Below are positions 19,127 through 29,114 of a DNA stretch of 59,062 nt, one piece after another; the first letter of the stretch is position 1, and each line of letters starts with the position of its first letter. The DNA lies in contig JBEOKB010000041.1 of assembly GCA_040275425.1 (NCBI GenBank), positions 1-59,062 on the forward strand. Reading direction: 5' to 3'. This DNA comes from Siculibacillus sp. (lineage in GTDB: Bacteria > Pseudomonadota > Alphaproteobacteria > Rhizobiales > Ancalomicrobiaceae). Made by a program: the position numbers and the translations under genes. A model generated the notes under the pieces. The model had not been told where the DNA came from and did not search any database. It was given only the letters and a program-made list of their open reading frames with translations.

Positions 19127-19686
19127 AAAGGGCGAACGTTCGCCCGTCGTCGATCTCCCGCCCGATCTCGTCGTCGAAGGCGCGGGGGATCTCCTCGTGA
19201 CCGGAGACCTATCGTCGCACCGCCCGCGGGGGCGGTCGTCGTTCGTTCCCGTTGTTCGGACGAGTCGTGCGCCGTGCGTCGTGAACGCCGCTCCGCGAGG
19301 TCGCGAACCGTTGCGCGGGTCCGCCCTCCGTCCCTCCGATTCTCGAGTTTTCGGCGCGAACCCACCCTCCGTCGCGAAGAAGGCGAGCCTTCTGCACGTC
19401 GAAGCGTCCGTCTCGGGTCGTCCGATCCTTCGATCGGTCTCCACCCTACAACGGCGGCATCGCTTTGAAAACCACGGGGTTCTCCGGTCGTGGTCACGCC
19501 GCCGTCGAACGAGCGGATCGAACGGCGCGATTGCCGCGTGGGCCGATGAGGGTTAAGGGATTGGCGTTCGGGTGTAGGTATTTCGACCGTCTGCTGATGG
19601 AACGCGGTCGCGGCTATTCTCCGCCACCGCGTCTGCCCCTCGGGCAAACCGGATCGGAATCCACGAACGACTCGATTGAGGTCGCG

Positions 19687-19700
19687 TTGACCTGAATCAA
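19687..19700 (+). promoter_or_regulatory. FNR/FixK box for fixNOQP
   Basis: TTGAC-CTGA-ATCAA. A -10-like TAGGGT at 19723-19728 would put the box centre at -41.5 (class II geometry). Confidence 0.9.
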
Positions 19701-19906
19701 AGTCTCGGGAGGAGGCCGGACCTAGGGTCGGACCGATACCCGTCGGCGCCTCGACGCCGCTCACCGATACTCCTCGGTGAACGTCGTCGGGATGTCGAAA
19801 ATCAAGGCGGACGGCCGATCGTCCACCTCGGCGGCGAGAAATCGCGCGGCGAGGCGGGGGAACGGGCCGTCCGGGGGCGTATCGACTAGAACAAACGGGG
19901 CGAACG

Positions 19907-21562
19907 ATGGCTCGACCAGTCGAGACAAAGGCATTCACGCTCGAGGAGATGGCATACGCCCTCTTCCTCGCGCTTCTCGCCGTCGCCTGCGTGATCCTTG
20001 CCGGTAAGGCATGGGAACCGCAGCTGGCGTTCCACGCCGTCGTCGGCGCGATCTTCGCGGCGGCCGGCATCTTCCTGATCGTCAAGGGCTACAACGACCG
20101 CTCGAGCCAGCCGGCTCATGTGGTCGACGGCAAGCCCAACTACAACATGGGTCCGGTCAAGTTCGCGGCGATCGCGTCCATGTTCTGGGGCGTCGCCGGC
20201 TTCCTCGTCGGCGTCTACATCGCCTCCGAGCTGGCCTTCCCGGTTCTCAACTTCGACCTGCCGTGGATTGCCTTCGGTCGTCTGCGTCCGTTGCACACCT
20301 CGGCGGTGATCTTCGCCTTCGGCGGCAACGTGCTGCTGGCGACGTCGTTCTATGTCGTTCAGCGCACCTGTCAGGCGCGCATGCCCGGCATCGTGACGCC
20401 GTGGTTCATCGTGCTCGGCTACAACGCCTTCATCGTCATTGCCGGCACGGGCTACCTGCTCGGCGTGACCCAGAGCCAGGAATACGCCGAACCCGAGTGG
20501 TACGCCGACCTGTGGCTGACCATCGTCTGGGTCGTCTACCTGTTCGCCTTCCTCGGCACTCTCTGGCGGCGCAGGGAAGCTCACATCTACGTGGCGAACT
20601 GGTTCTATCTGGCCTTCATCGTCACCGTCGCGATGCTGCATCTCGGCAACAACGTGCGCGTGCCGGTCTCGCCCTTCTCGATGAACTCCGTCCAGGTGTT
20701 CTCGGGTGTGCAGAACGCGATGGTCCAGTGGTGGTACGGTCACAACGCGGTGGGCTTCTTCCTGACCGCGGCGTTCCTCGCCATCATGTACTACTTCGTG
20801 CCGAAGCGCGCCGATCGCCCGGTCTACTCGTACCGTCTGTCGATCGTGCACTTCTGGGCCCTGATCTTCACCTACATCTGGGCCGGTCCGCACCACCTCC
20901 ACTACACCGCTCTTCCCGAATGGGCCTCGACCCTCGGCATGGTGCTCTCGGTGATCCTGTGGATGCCCTCCTGGGGCGGCATGATCAACGGCCTCATGAC
21001 GCTGTCCGGTGCCTGGGACAAGCTGCGCACCGATCCGGTTCTGCGCATGCTCGTCGTCTCCGTCGCCTTCTACGGCATGTCGACCTTCGAAGGCCCGCTG
21101 ATGTCGATCAAGGCCGTCAACGGTCTGTCGCACTACACCGACTGGACCGTCGGTCACGTGCACTCCGGCGCTCTCGGCTGGGTCGGCTTCGTGTCCTTCG
21201 GCGCGCTCTACTGCCTGTTCCCCTGGCTGTGGAACAAGAAGGGCGTCTACTCGCTGAAGCTCGTCAGCTGGCACTTCTGGACCGCCACCATCGGCATCGT
21301 GTTCTACATCTCCGCCATGTGGGTGTCGGGCATCATGCAGGGTCTGATGTGGCGTGCCTACGACAAGCTCGGCTTCCTCGAGTACTCGTTCATCGAGACC
21401 GTCTCGGCCATGCATCCCTACTACGTGATCCGTGCTCTCGGCGGCGGCCTGTTCCTCGTCGGCGCGCTGATCATGTGCTACAACCTGTGGATGACCGTGG
21501 CTCGTGGTGAGGACGTCGAAGGCGTCACCGCCGGTTCCCCGGCTCTGGCCCCGGCCGAGTGA
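19907..21562 (+). CDS. fixN: cbb3-type cytochrome c oxidase subunit I
   Basis: [41 protein letters not shown]. Also called ccoN. Confidence 0.98.
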   Translation: MARPVETKAFTLEEMAYALFLALLAVACVILAGKAWEPQLAFHAVVGAIFAAAGIFLIVKGYNDRSSQPAHVVDGKPNYNMGPVKFAAIASMFWGVAGFLVGVYIASELAFPVLNFDLPWIAFGRLRPLHTSAVIFAFGGNVLLATSFYVVQRTCQARMPGIVTPWFIVLGYNAFIVIAGTGYLLGVTQSQEYAEPEWYADLWLTIVWVVYLFAFLGTLWRRREAHIYVANWFYLAFIVTVAMLHLGNNVRVPVSPFSMNSVQVFSGVQNAMVQWWYGHNAVGFFLTAAFLAIMYYFVPKRADRPVYSYRLSIVHFWALIFTYIWAGPHHLHYTALPEWASTLGMVLSVILWMPSWGGMINGLMTLSGAWDKLRTDPVLRMLVVSVAFYGMSTFEGPLMSIKAVNGLSHYTDWTVGHVHSGALGWVGFVSFGALYCLFPWLWNKKGVYSLKLVSWHFWTATIGIVFYISAMWVSGIMQGLMWRAYDKLGFLEYSFIETVSAMHPYYVIRALGGGLFLVGALIMCYNLWMTVARGEDVEGVTAGSPALAPAE

Positions 21563-21575
21563 GGAGATACGATCC

Positions 21576-22310
21576 ATGTCGCTGATCGAAAAGCACGCCA
21601 TTTTCGAGAAGAACTCGATCGTTCTGCTCGTCGGCATCCTGATCATGGTCGCCATCGGCGGTCTGGTCGAAATCGTGCCCCTCTTCTACCTGAAGAGCAC
21701 GATCGAAAAGGTCGAGGGGATGCGTCCCTACACCCCCCTCGAACTCGCCGGTCGCAACATCTACGTCCGTGAAGGCTGCTACAACTGCCACAGCCAGATG
21801 ATCCGTCCGATGCGCGACGAGATCGAACGCTACGGCCACTTCAGCCTTGCCGCGGAATCGATGTACGACCATCCGTTCCAGTGGGGCTCCAAGCGCAACG
21901 GTCCCGATCTGGCCCGCGTCGGCAACAAGTATTCCGACAAGTGGCAGGTCGAGCATCTCGTCAACCCGCGCGCCGTGGTTCCCGACAGCATCATGCCCGG
22001 ATATCCCTTCCTGGCGAAGACCGAGCTCGACACCAAGCATCTGACCGAAATGGTCAAGACGCACCGTCTGGTGGGCGTGCCCTACTCCGACGACCAGGTC
22101 GCCAACGTGGCGGCGGACGTCGCGGCTCAGGCCAACCCCGATGACAAGAATGTCGCGGCGATGCTGAAGCGCTACCCCAAGTCGGTCGCGCGTGACTTCG
22201 ACGGCAATGCCGCCAAGGTCACCGAGATGGACGCGATGGTCGCGTACCTTCAGGTCCTCGGAACCCTCGTGGACTTCAATCTCTACGACGACAAGGCGAA
22301 CGTGCGCTGA
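21576..22310 (+). CDS. fixO: cbb3 oxidase subunit II, monoheme
   Basis: [36 protein letters not shown]. Confidence 0.97.
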   Translation: MSLIEKHAIFEKNSIVLLVGILIMVAIGGLVEIVPLFYLKSTIEKVEGMRPYTPLELAGRNIYVREGCYNCHSQMIRPMRDEIERYGHFSLAAESMYDHPFQWGSKRNGPDLARVGNKYSDKWQVEHLVNPRAVVPDSIMPGYPFLAKTELDTKHLTEMVKTHRLVGVPYSDDQVANVAADVAAQANPDDKNVAAMLKRYPKSVARDFDGNAAKVTEMDAMVAYLQVLGTLVDFNLYDDKANVR

Positions 22311-22324
22311 GTGGAGGTGACTTC

Positions 22325-22477
22325 ATGTCTACCTATGCTTCTCTCGCTCAGTTCGCCCAGACGTGGGGACTGGTCTACTTCTTCGTCATCTTCGCGGGCG
22401 TCCTCGTCTATGCATTGTGGCCGAAAAACAAGCGGCCATTCGACGAGGCCTCGCGTATCCCCCTGCGGGAGGATTGA
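22325..22477 (+). CDS. fixQ: cbb3 oxidase subunit IV (50 aa; not in the ORF track)
   Basis: Hand translation MSTYASLAQFAQTWGLVYFFVIFAGVLVYALWPKNKRPFDEASRIPLRED. GGAGG RBS. Confidence 0.93.
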   Translation: MSTYASLAQFAQTWGLVYFFVIFAGVLVYALWPKNKRPFDEASRIPLRED

Positions 22478-22480
22478 TCC

Positions 22481-23341
22481 ATGGCACAACAGGAACTCGA
22501 CCATCTGTCGGGTCAGAGCACGACCGGCCACGAGTGGGACGGTCTGAAGGAGTTGAACACGCCGCTGCCGAAGTGGTGGCTCTACGTGTTCTACGCCTGC
22601 ATCGTCTGGGCGATCGGCTACACGTTCTTCTATCCGGCGTGGCCGCTGATCACGGACTACACCAAGGGTGTGTTCGGTGCCCAGATCCGCGTCAACTCGA
22701 TCGCCGACTACGAGAACGGCAAGGCGGCTCGTCTCGCCAACGCCGCCGGTCTCGCCGAGGCTCCGCTCGAGAAGATCAAGTCGACCCCGGCCTTCCTCGA
22801 GTTCGCCATGGCGAACGGCAAGGCGGCCTTCGGTGACAACTGCGCCCCGTGCCACGGCTCGGGTGCGACCGGCGGCCCGGGCTTCCCGAGCCTGCAGGAC
22901 GACGACTGGCTGTGGGGCGGCAAGCTCGCCGACATCTACCAGACGCTGCAGTACGGCATCCGTTCGGGTCACGCCAAGCAGCGCGACATGGCGATGCCGG
23001 CCTTCGGCAAGGACGGCCTGCTGAAGAAGGAAGAGATCGCTGCGGTCGCTTCCTACGTGGTGTCGCTCTCCGACGCCTCCGTGAAGGCCACCGATGACGG
23101 CAAGAAGATCTATGCCGACAACTGTGCCTCGTGCCATGCCGACGACGGCAAGGGCAACATGGAGATGGGCGCCCCGAACCTGACCGACAAGATCTGGCTC
23201 TACGGCGCCAGCGTCGACAAGGTCGCGGCTCAGATCTCCGAACCCGCGCTCGGCGTCATGCCGGCCTGGGAAGGCCGTCTCGACCCGGTCACCATCAAGT
23301 CGCTGGCCGTCTACATCCACTCGCTGGGTGGCGGCAAGTGA
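22481..23341 (+). CDS. fixP: cbb3 oxidase subunit III, diheme
   Basis: TTGHEWDG..ELNTPLPKWW, CAPCH and CASCH. Confidence 0.97.
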   Translation: MAQQELDHLSGQSTTGHEWDGLKELNTPLPKWWLYVFYACIVWAIGYTFFYPAWPLITDYTKGVFGAQIRVNSIADYENGKAARLANAAGLAEAPLEKIKSTPAFLEFAMANGKAAFGDNCAPCHGSGATGGPGFPSLQDDDWLWGGKLADIYQTLQYGIRSGHAKQRDMAMPAFGKDGLLKKEEIAAVASYVVSLSDASVKATDDGKKIYADNCASCHADDGKGNMEMGAPNLTDKIWLYGASVDKVAAQISEPALGVMPAWEGRLDPVTIKSLAVYIHSLGGGK

Positions 23342-23360
23342 TCCGATGAGGATCCGATAC

Positions 23361-23393
23361 GAAGGAGGCGGGCGACCGCCTCCTTCTTCTTTT
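23361..23393 (+). terminator. Intrinsic terminator after fixP
   Basis: GAAGGAGGCGG-GCGA-CCGCCTCCTTC then TTCTTTT. A second hairpin lies at 23431-23453. Confidence 0.8.
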
Positions 23394-23602
23394 CGGGATC
23401 GTTCGCTCGTCGATCGGTCTCGGCGCGTCGGAAGGGGGCTCGAGGCCCCCTTCGTCGTGTGAAGTGGGGTACACGATCGTCCGATCGCTGCGATCCGCCC
23501 TTGTCGCGGAGGCCGCCGCGCCTTATGGAGCGAGAACGGACGCGCCCCTTCCCGGCGCCGGGCTTCGGGGGCCCACCCCACGATGGAAGGAACACGAACG
23601 CG

Positions 23603-25048
23603 ATGAGCGTCGACACCGGCAACAACGACGACAGCGGCAAGCTCTACGCGGATCACAAGAAGATCTATCCGCTGACCGTGCGCGGCACCTTCCGTCGCAT
23701 CAAGTGGGGCATTCTGATCGGTGGTCTGGCGATCTACTATCTGCTGCCGTTCCTGCGTTGGGACCGCGGTCTCGACCGCCCCGATCAGGCCATTCTGCTC
23801 GACCTCGCCGGTCGCCGCTTCTTCTTCTTCGGCATCGAGATCTGGCCCCAGGAGATCTACTACGTCACCGGCCTGATGGTGGTGGCCGCCTTCGTGCTGT
23901 TCCTCACCAATGCGTTGGCCGGTCGTCTGTGGTGCGGCTATCTCTGCCCGCAGACGGTGTGGACCGACCTCTATTTCATGGTCGAACGCGTCTTCCAGGG
24001 CGAGCGGCGCGAGCAGATGAAGCGCGACGCCGGCCCGTGGACCTTCGACAAGCTCTGGCGCAAGGCGATCACCCACGTGGTCTGGGTCTTCGTGGCGGTG
24101 GCCACCGGCGGTGCCTGGGTGCTCTACTTCGCCGACGCACCGACGCTGCTGTGGGAGATCCTGACCTTCCGCGCCGACGGCGTCGCCTACGTCTGGATCG
24201 CCATCCTCACCACGACCACCTATCTCCTCGCCGGCTTCGCTCGCGAGCAGGTCTGCCTCTACATGTGTCCCTGGCCGCGCATTCAGGCAGCTCTGACCGA
24301 CGAATGGGCGCTCAACGTCTCCTATCGCGTCGATCGCGGCGAACCGCGCGGTTCGCTCAAGCAGAACAAGAAGCTGCGCGCCGCCGGGCAGTCGGCCGGC
24401 GACTGCGTCGACTGCGGTCAGTGCGTCCAGGCCTGCCCGACCGGCGTCGACATCCGCGACGGCCTGCAGATGGGCTGCATCCAGTGCGGCCTGTGCATCG
24501 ACGCCTGCGACGCGGTCATGGCCAAGACCGGCCAGAAGCCTCGCCTGATCGGCTACGACACCGACATCAACATCGAACGGCGCGAGCGCGGCGAGGCGCC
24601 GATCTACAAGTTCGTCCGGCCGCGCACGCTGATCTACGTCGTTCTGATCGTCCTGGTCAGCGCGGTGATGGGCTGGCGTCTGTCGACCCGCGCGACCCTC
24701 GGCGTCAACGTCCTCCACGACCGCAATCCCCAGTTCGTGGTCAATTCCGACGGCTCGATCCGCAACGGCTACACCGTCCGCCTCCTCAACAAGGCGGCCG
24801 CGAAGCGCGAACTGGCTCTGGCGGTCGTCGGTGCGCCCAAGGGGGCGGCGTTGGAGACCAGCAGTCCGGCCGAGCGCCGCGACGGCACGCTCGTCTTCAC
24901 CGTCGAGCCCGACCAGACCCGAGAGATCCGCGTCCTCGTGACGGCGCCGCCGACGGCCACCGTCGCGAGCTCGAGCGGCCTCGAGTTCACGCTGCGCGAC
25001 GCCACCGGCGAGACGGCGGTCGCCAAGGACTTCTTCAAGGCCCCGTGA
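23603..25048 (+). CDS. fixG: cbb3 assembly 4Fe-4S membrane protein
   Basis: GRLWCGYLCPQTVWTD, CLYMCPW, CVDCGQCVQACP and CIQCGLCIDAC. AAGGA RBS. Confidence 0.96.
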   Translation: MSVDTGNNDDSGKLYADHKKIYPLTVRGTFRRIKWGILIGGLAIYYLLPFLRWDRGLDRPDQAILLDLAGRRFFFFGIEIWPQEIYYVTGLMVVAAFVLFLTNALAGRLWCGYLCPQTVWTDLYFMVERVFQGERREQMKRDAGPWTFDKLWRKAITHVVWVFVAVATGGAWVLYFADAPTLLWEILTFRADGVAYVWIAILTTTTYLLAGFAREQVCLYMCPWPRIQAALTDEWALNVSYRVDRGEPRGSLKQNKKLRAAGQSAGDCVDCGQCVQACPTGVDIRDGLQMGCIQCGLCIDACDAVMAKTGQKPRLIGYDTDINIERRERGEAPIYKFVRPRTLIYVVLIVLVSAVMGWRLSTRATLGVNVLHDRNPQFVVNSDGSIRNGYTVRLLNKAAAKRELALAVVGAPKGAALETSSPAERRDGTLVFTVEPDQTREIRVLVTAPPTATVASSSGLEFTLRDATGETAVAKDFFKAP

Positions 25049-25161
25049 GGGCCGGCGACGGCGAGCGGCGTCCGCGCCGCCCGCATCTTCACCCGGGACG
25101 GACGGGCGGAGAAGGAACGAGAGGACGCCGCGCGTCCGTGACCCATGCCCAGGAGGGACCG

Positions 25162-25689
25162 ATGCCGACCGACTTGAACGGGACGAACAGCGTGGATCAG
25201 GGCGGGTTCCGGCTCACCGGCACGCGCGTTCTGATCATCTTCGTGGTCGTGTTCGGCGTCGTCTTCGGCGTCAACGGCTACATGCTCTACAAGGCCGTCG
25301 GCACCTTCTCCGGAACGGTGACCGATTCCTCCTATCGGGTGAGCCAGGGCTTCAACAAGGAGATCGCCGCCGCGCAGGCTCAGGCCGAGCGCGCTTGGCA
25401 GGTGAGCGCCCATGCCGAGCGCGCCGACGACGGCGTCGTCTCCATCCGGGTCGAGGCCCGGACCTCGGAGGGTCGTCCCGTCTCCGGCGTGGCCTTCCGC
25501 GCCCGCCTCCAGCATCCGGCCGCCACCGCCCACGACAAATCGGTCGATCTCGCGCCGCTCGCCGGCGCCGACGGCGTCTTCACCGGCCGCGTCGCCGACG
25601 TCGGCCAGGGCAAGTGGGGCCTCGCCATCACCGGCGACACCGCCGAGGGCCGCGCCTTCGCCTCCCAGAACACCCTGTTCTTCAAGTGA
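25162..25689 (+). CDS. fixH: FixH/CcoH assembly protein
   Basis: LTGTRVLIIFVVVFGVVFGVN..A..TFSG..SY..SQ.FN. AGGAGG RBS. 3' part of ORF 23464..25689. Confidence 0.9.
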   Translation: MPTDLNGTNSVDQGGFRLTGTRVLIIFVVVFGVVFGVNGYMLYKAVGTFSGTVTDSSYRVSQGFNKEIAAAQAQAERAWQVSAHAERADDGVVSIRVEARTSEGRPVSGVAFRARLQHPAATAHDKSVDLAPLAGADGVFTGRVADVGQGKWGLAITGDTAEGRAFASQNTLFFK

Positions 25690-25776
25690 GGGGTCCCCGA
25701 ACGTCGCCCGGCGCCGCGTCGCCGTGCGAGGATCGGCGCCGCGTCGTCACCCTTCGATCGAGGACGTGACCTTCCC

Positions 25777-27984
25777 ATGACCGTCGAAGACACTCCGCGT
25801 GATCGCGACTGGAACGCCTTCGCCACCCCGGCCGGCGCCGACGGTGCCCACATGGACCTCGCGGTCGAGGGCATCACCTGCGCCGCCTGCATGTCGACCA
25901 TCGAACGCGGCCTCGGTGCCATGCCCGGTGTCACCACCGCCCGTCTCAACCTGACCACCCACCGCCTCGCCCTCGACTGGAAGCCGGGCGAAGTCGGCGC
26001 CGGCGACATCGTCCGCCGCCTGGAACGGCTCGGCTACCGTGCTCATCCCTTCGACCCGGCCCGCCGCGGCGCCGAGGAGGAGGCCGAATCGCGCGAGCTG
26101 ATGCGCTGCATGGGCGTCGCCGGCTTCGGCGCCATGAACATCATGCTTCTGTCGGTCTCGGTGTGGGCCGGCAACGTCACCGACATCGACGCCCCGACCC
26201 GCGATCTGTTCCACTGGGTCTCGGCCCTGATCGCCATTCCGGTCGTCGCCTATTCGGCCCGTCCCTTCTTCCGTTCGGCCCTGCGCGCGCTCAGGGTGCT
26301 GCGCACCAACATGGACGTGCCGATCTCGATCGGCGTGGTGCTCACCCTCGGCCTGTCGATCTGGGAGACGCTGCACTCCGCGCATCACGCCTTCTTCGAC
26401 TCGGTGGTGATGCTGCTGTTCTTTCTGCTGGTCGGCCGCTGGCTCGATCACGACATGCGTCGCCGCACCCGTTCCGTCGCCGAGAACATCGCCGCCCTCA
26501 GGGTCGAATCCGCCGGTCTGATCGAGGACGACGGCACCGTGCGCGACGTGCCGCTGTCGAAGGTCGAGCCGGGCAGCCTCGTCCTCGTGCGCCCCGGCGA
26601 GCGCGTTTCGGTCGACGGCGTCGTCGAGGACGGCACCTCCGACATCGATCAGAGCCTGATCACCGGCGAGACCGATCTGGTCGCGGTCGGCAGCGGCGCC
26701 CGCGTCTACGCCGGCACCCTCAACGTCGGCGGCGCCCTGCGCATCCGCGTCACCGCCGCCACCGCCGGAACCCTGCTCGACGAGGTCAACCGCCTGCTCG
26801 AGAGCGCCGCTCAGGCCAAGTCCAAGTACATGCGGCTGGCCGATCGCGCCGCCTCGACCTATGCGCCCGTCGTCCATACCGCCGCCGTGCTCACCTTCCT
26901 CGGCTGGTGGCTCTTCGGCAAGCCGGTCGCCGACTCGCTGATCGTCGCCGTCTCGGTGCTGATCATCACCTGCCCCTGCGCCCTGGCGCTCGCCATCCCC
27001 ACCGTCCAGGTGGTCGCCTCGGGCATCCTGTTCCGCGCCGGCGTGCTGCTCCATTCCGGCGACGTCATCGAGCGCCTCGCCGCCGTCGACACCGTCGTCT
27101 TCGACAAGACCGGCACGCTGACCCTGGCCGAGGCTCACCTGCTCAACGCCGCCGACTTCACCACCGAGCGCCTGATGGCCGCCGGTCGCCTCGCTCGCGC
27201 CAGCCGCCACCCGCTCGGCGTCGCCCTGGCCGAGGCCACCCGCGCCGTCGCCCCGCCGATCGAGGTGCGCGAGGTGCCCGGACGCGGCATCGAGGCCACC
27301 GTCGACGGCGTGGTCGAACGCCTCGGCGCCCCGGACTTCTGCGGCGCCGATCCCGCGGCCGTCGCCGCGCTGCACGAGCGCTGGCCCACCGCCTCCCTCG
27401 TCGCCCATCGCGACGGCAAGGGCGAAGTGGTGGTCTGCGCCCTGCTCCAGGGCCTGCGCCCCGACGCCGTCGAAGCGGTGCGTGCCCTCCATGGCGCCGG
27501 ATACGCCGTCGAGATCCTGTCCGGCGATCGCGAAGTAGCGGTCGCCGGCGTCGCCGCCACCCTCGGCGTCGACCGTTGGTCGGCGGGCTTGAAACCGGCC
27601 GACAAGATCGCCCGCATCGAGGCGATGAAGGCCGAGGGCCTGAACGTGCTGATGGTCGGCGACGGCCTCAACGACGCCCCCGCCCTGGCGGCGGCGAACG
27701 TCTCGCTGTCGCCGGTCACCGCGGTGCATCTCTCCCAGGCCGCCGCCGACGCCGTCTTCCTCGGCGATCGCCTCGCCCCGGTCGTCGCCGCGCTCGCCCA
27801 GTCGCGCCGCGCCCGCCGCGCCATGGTGCAGAACCTGTGGCTGTCGGTGATCTACAACTTCGTCGCCGTGCCGATCGCCGTCGCCGGCCTCGTCACGCCG
27901 CTGATCGCCGCGATCGCCATGTCCGGCTCCTCGGTGATCGTCACCCTCAATGCGCTGCGCCTGAGGTTCGGCAGCGGGCGCTGA
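25777..27984 (+). CDS. fixI: Cu-transporting P1B-type ATPase
   Basis: HMA domain CAAC, TGE, CPCAL, DKTGT, HP, GDGLNDAP. Confidence 0.95.
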   Translation: MTVEDTPRDRDWNAFATPAGADGAHMDLAVEGITCAACMSTIERGLGAMPGVTTARLNLTTHRLALDWKPGEVGAGDIVRRLERLGYRAHPFDPARRGAEEEAESRELMRCMGVAGFGAMNIMLLSVSVWAGNVTDIDAPTRDLFHWVSALIAIPVVAYSARPFFRSALRALRVLRTNMDVPISIGVVLTLGLSIWETLHSAHHAFFDSVVMLLFFLLVGRWLDHDMRRRTRSVAENIAALRVESAGLIEDDGTVRDVPLSKVEPGSLVLVRPGERVSVDGVVEDGTSDIDQSLITGETDLVAVGSGARVYAGTLNVGGALRIRVTAATAGTLLDEVNRLLESAAQAKSKYMRLADRAASTYAPVVHTAAVLTFLGWWLFGKPVADSLIVAVSVLIITCPCALALAIPTVQVVASGILFRAGVLLHSGDVIERLAAVDTVVFDKTGTLTLAEAHLLNAADFTTERLMAAGRLARASRHPLGVALAEATRAVAPPIEVREVPGRGIEATVDGVVERLGAPDFCGADPAAVAALHERWPTASLVAHRDGKGEVVVCALLQGLRPDAVEAVRALHGAGYAVEILSGDREVAVAGVAATLGVDRWSAGLKPADKIARIEAMKAEGLNVLMVGDGLNDAPALAAANVSLSPVTAVHLSQAAADAVFLGDRLAPVVAALAQSRRARRAMVQNLWLSVIYNFVAVPIAVAGLVTPLIAAIAMSGSSVIVTLNALRLRFGSGR

Positions 27985-28089
27985 GCGCCCGCGTCACCTT
28001 TTCCGTTGACGCGGCGCCGCGTTCGGCGCACTCGAAGGCGCCGCCCGTCGAAGACGCGGGCCGTGTTCCCGCCGCGCGAGGCAGAAGTC

Positions 28090-28278
28090 ATGGACGTCCT
28101 GATCTTCCTCATCCCCGTCGCCATCGGTCTCGGTCTGCTCGGCCTGTTCGCCTTCCTGTGGACGCTGAGGAACGGCCAGTACGAAGATCTCGAGGGCGCC
28201 AAGTGGCGCATCCTCACCGACGACGATCTTCCCGCCGCCCCGCCCGCCGCCCCCGCGCCGCCCTCCGAGCGTGATTGA
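28090..28278 (+). CDS. fixS: cbb3 maturation protein FixS/CcoS
   Basis: MDVLIFLIPVAIGLGLLGLFAFLWTLRNGQYEDLEGAKWRIL. Confidence 0.92.
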   Translation: MDVLIFLIPVAIGLGLLGLFAFLWTLRNGQYEDLEGAKWRILTDDDLPAAPPAAPAPPSERD

Positions 28279-28399
28279 CCGCATCGGAGCGACTTCGGCC
28301 ACCCCTCGTTTACCCTGCGCCTCGGTGCCGTTTCGGCCTGAAGGCGTTCTTAACTTCCCCAGGGGCAAGCTCGCCCCGATCTGACCCCGGGGAGGTATC

Positions 28400-29011
28400 A
28401 TGAGTTTCATTCGGACCATGGCGCGCGCCGTTCTGCCCAAGGCCGTCCGCCAGGGCATCCATGCGCGCTACCACGCCGCCGTGGTGCGCCGTCTTCCCGA
28501 TCGCGTCTTCATGGAGAGCCGGATCTTTCCCTGGCTCGAAGCCCAGAAGCCGCGACGCGTGCTCTTCGTCGGCGTCCGTGCCTATACCGAGCACTACCCG
28601 CGTCTGCTCGCCGAGCGCGGCATGCACGTCTGGACGGTCGACATCGATCCCGACGCCGCGCGGTGGGGCGCGGCCGACCATCTGACCCGTGACGTCTGCG
28701 CGCTCGTTCCGGCGGACTTCCCCGAACCCTTCGATGCCGTCGTCTTCAACGGCGTGATAGGCTGGGGCGTCGACGAACCCGAACCGATCCTCGCCGCCCT
28801 CGGCGCCCTGCGCTCGCTCGTCCCCGACGGTGCGCCGATGGTGATCGGCTGGAACGACGATCGCAGTCGCGATCCCCTGGCCCTGGCCGGCGTGTCGGAA
28901 CAATGGGAGTCGATCGCCGGTCCGAGCGGCACCACTCGACGGGCCTTCGAGGGCGTCACCCACGTCTACGACTTCGTCCGCGCCCGGCCGCGCCCGAGCC
29001 TCGGCAACTGA
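28400..29011 (+). CDS. Class I SAM-dependent methyltransferase-like protein
   Basis: RVLFVG motif I-like, VDID, FDAVVFNGVIGWG. GGAGG RBS. Substrate unknown. Confidence 0.65.
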   Translation: MSFIRTMARAVLPKAVRQGIHARYHAAVVRRLPDRVFMESRIFPWLEAQKPRRVLFVGVRAYTEHYPRLLAERGMHVWTVDIDPDAARWGAADHLTRDVCALVPADFPEPFDAVVFNGVIGWGVDEPEPILAALGALRSLVPDGAPMVIGWNDDRSRDPLALAGVSEQWESIAGPSGTTRRAFEGVTHVYDFVRARPRPSLGN

Positions 29012-29054
29012 CGCCGACGGCGCGGCGGCTCGCGCCCGCGTGAATTCGCCGAAA

Positions 29055-29094
29055 CGAGAAAGGGCCCCGGTGTCGCCACCGAGGCCCTTTCTCG
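29055..29094. terminator. Bidirectional terminator hairpin
   Basis: CGAGAAAGGGCCCCGGTG-TCGC-CACCGAGGCCCTTTCTCG between convergent genes. Confidence 0.75.
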
Positions 29095-29114
29095 CATTCC
29101 CTTCGCCGATCCGC

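Noticed and set aside
19792-19805. ATGTC-GAAA-ATCAA as a second FixK box
   Set aside because: Left half-site is poor and it lies inside the predicted 5' UTR.
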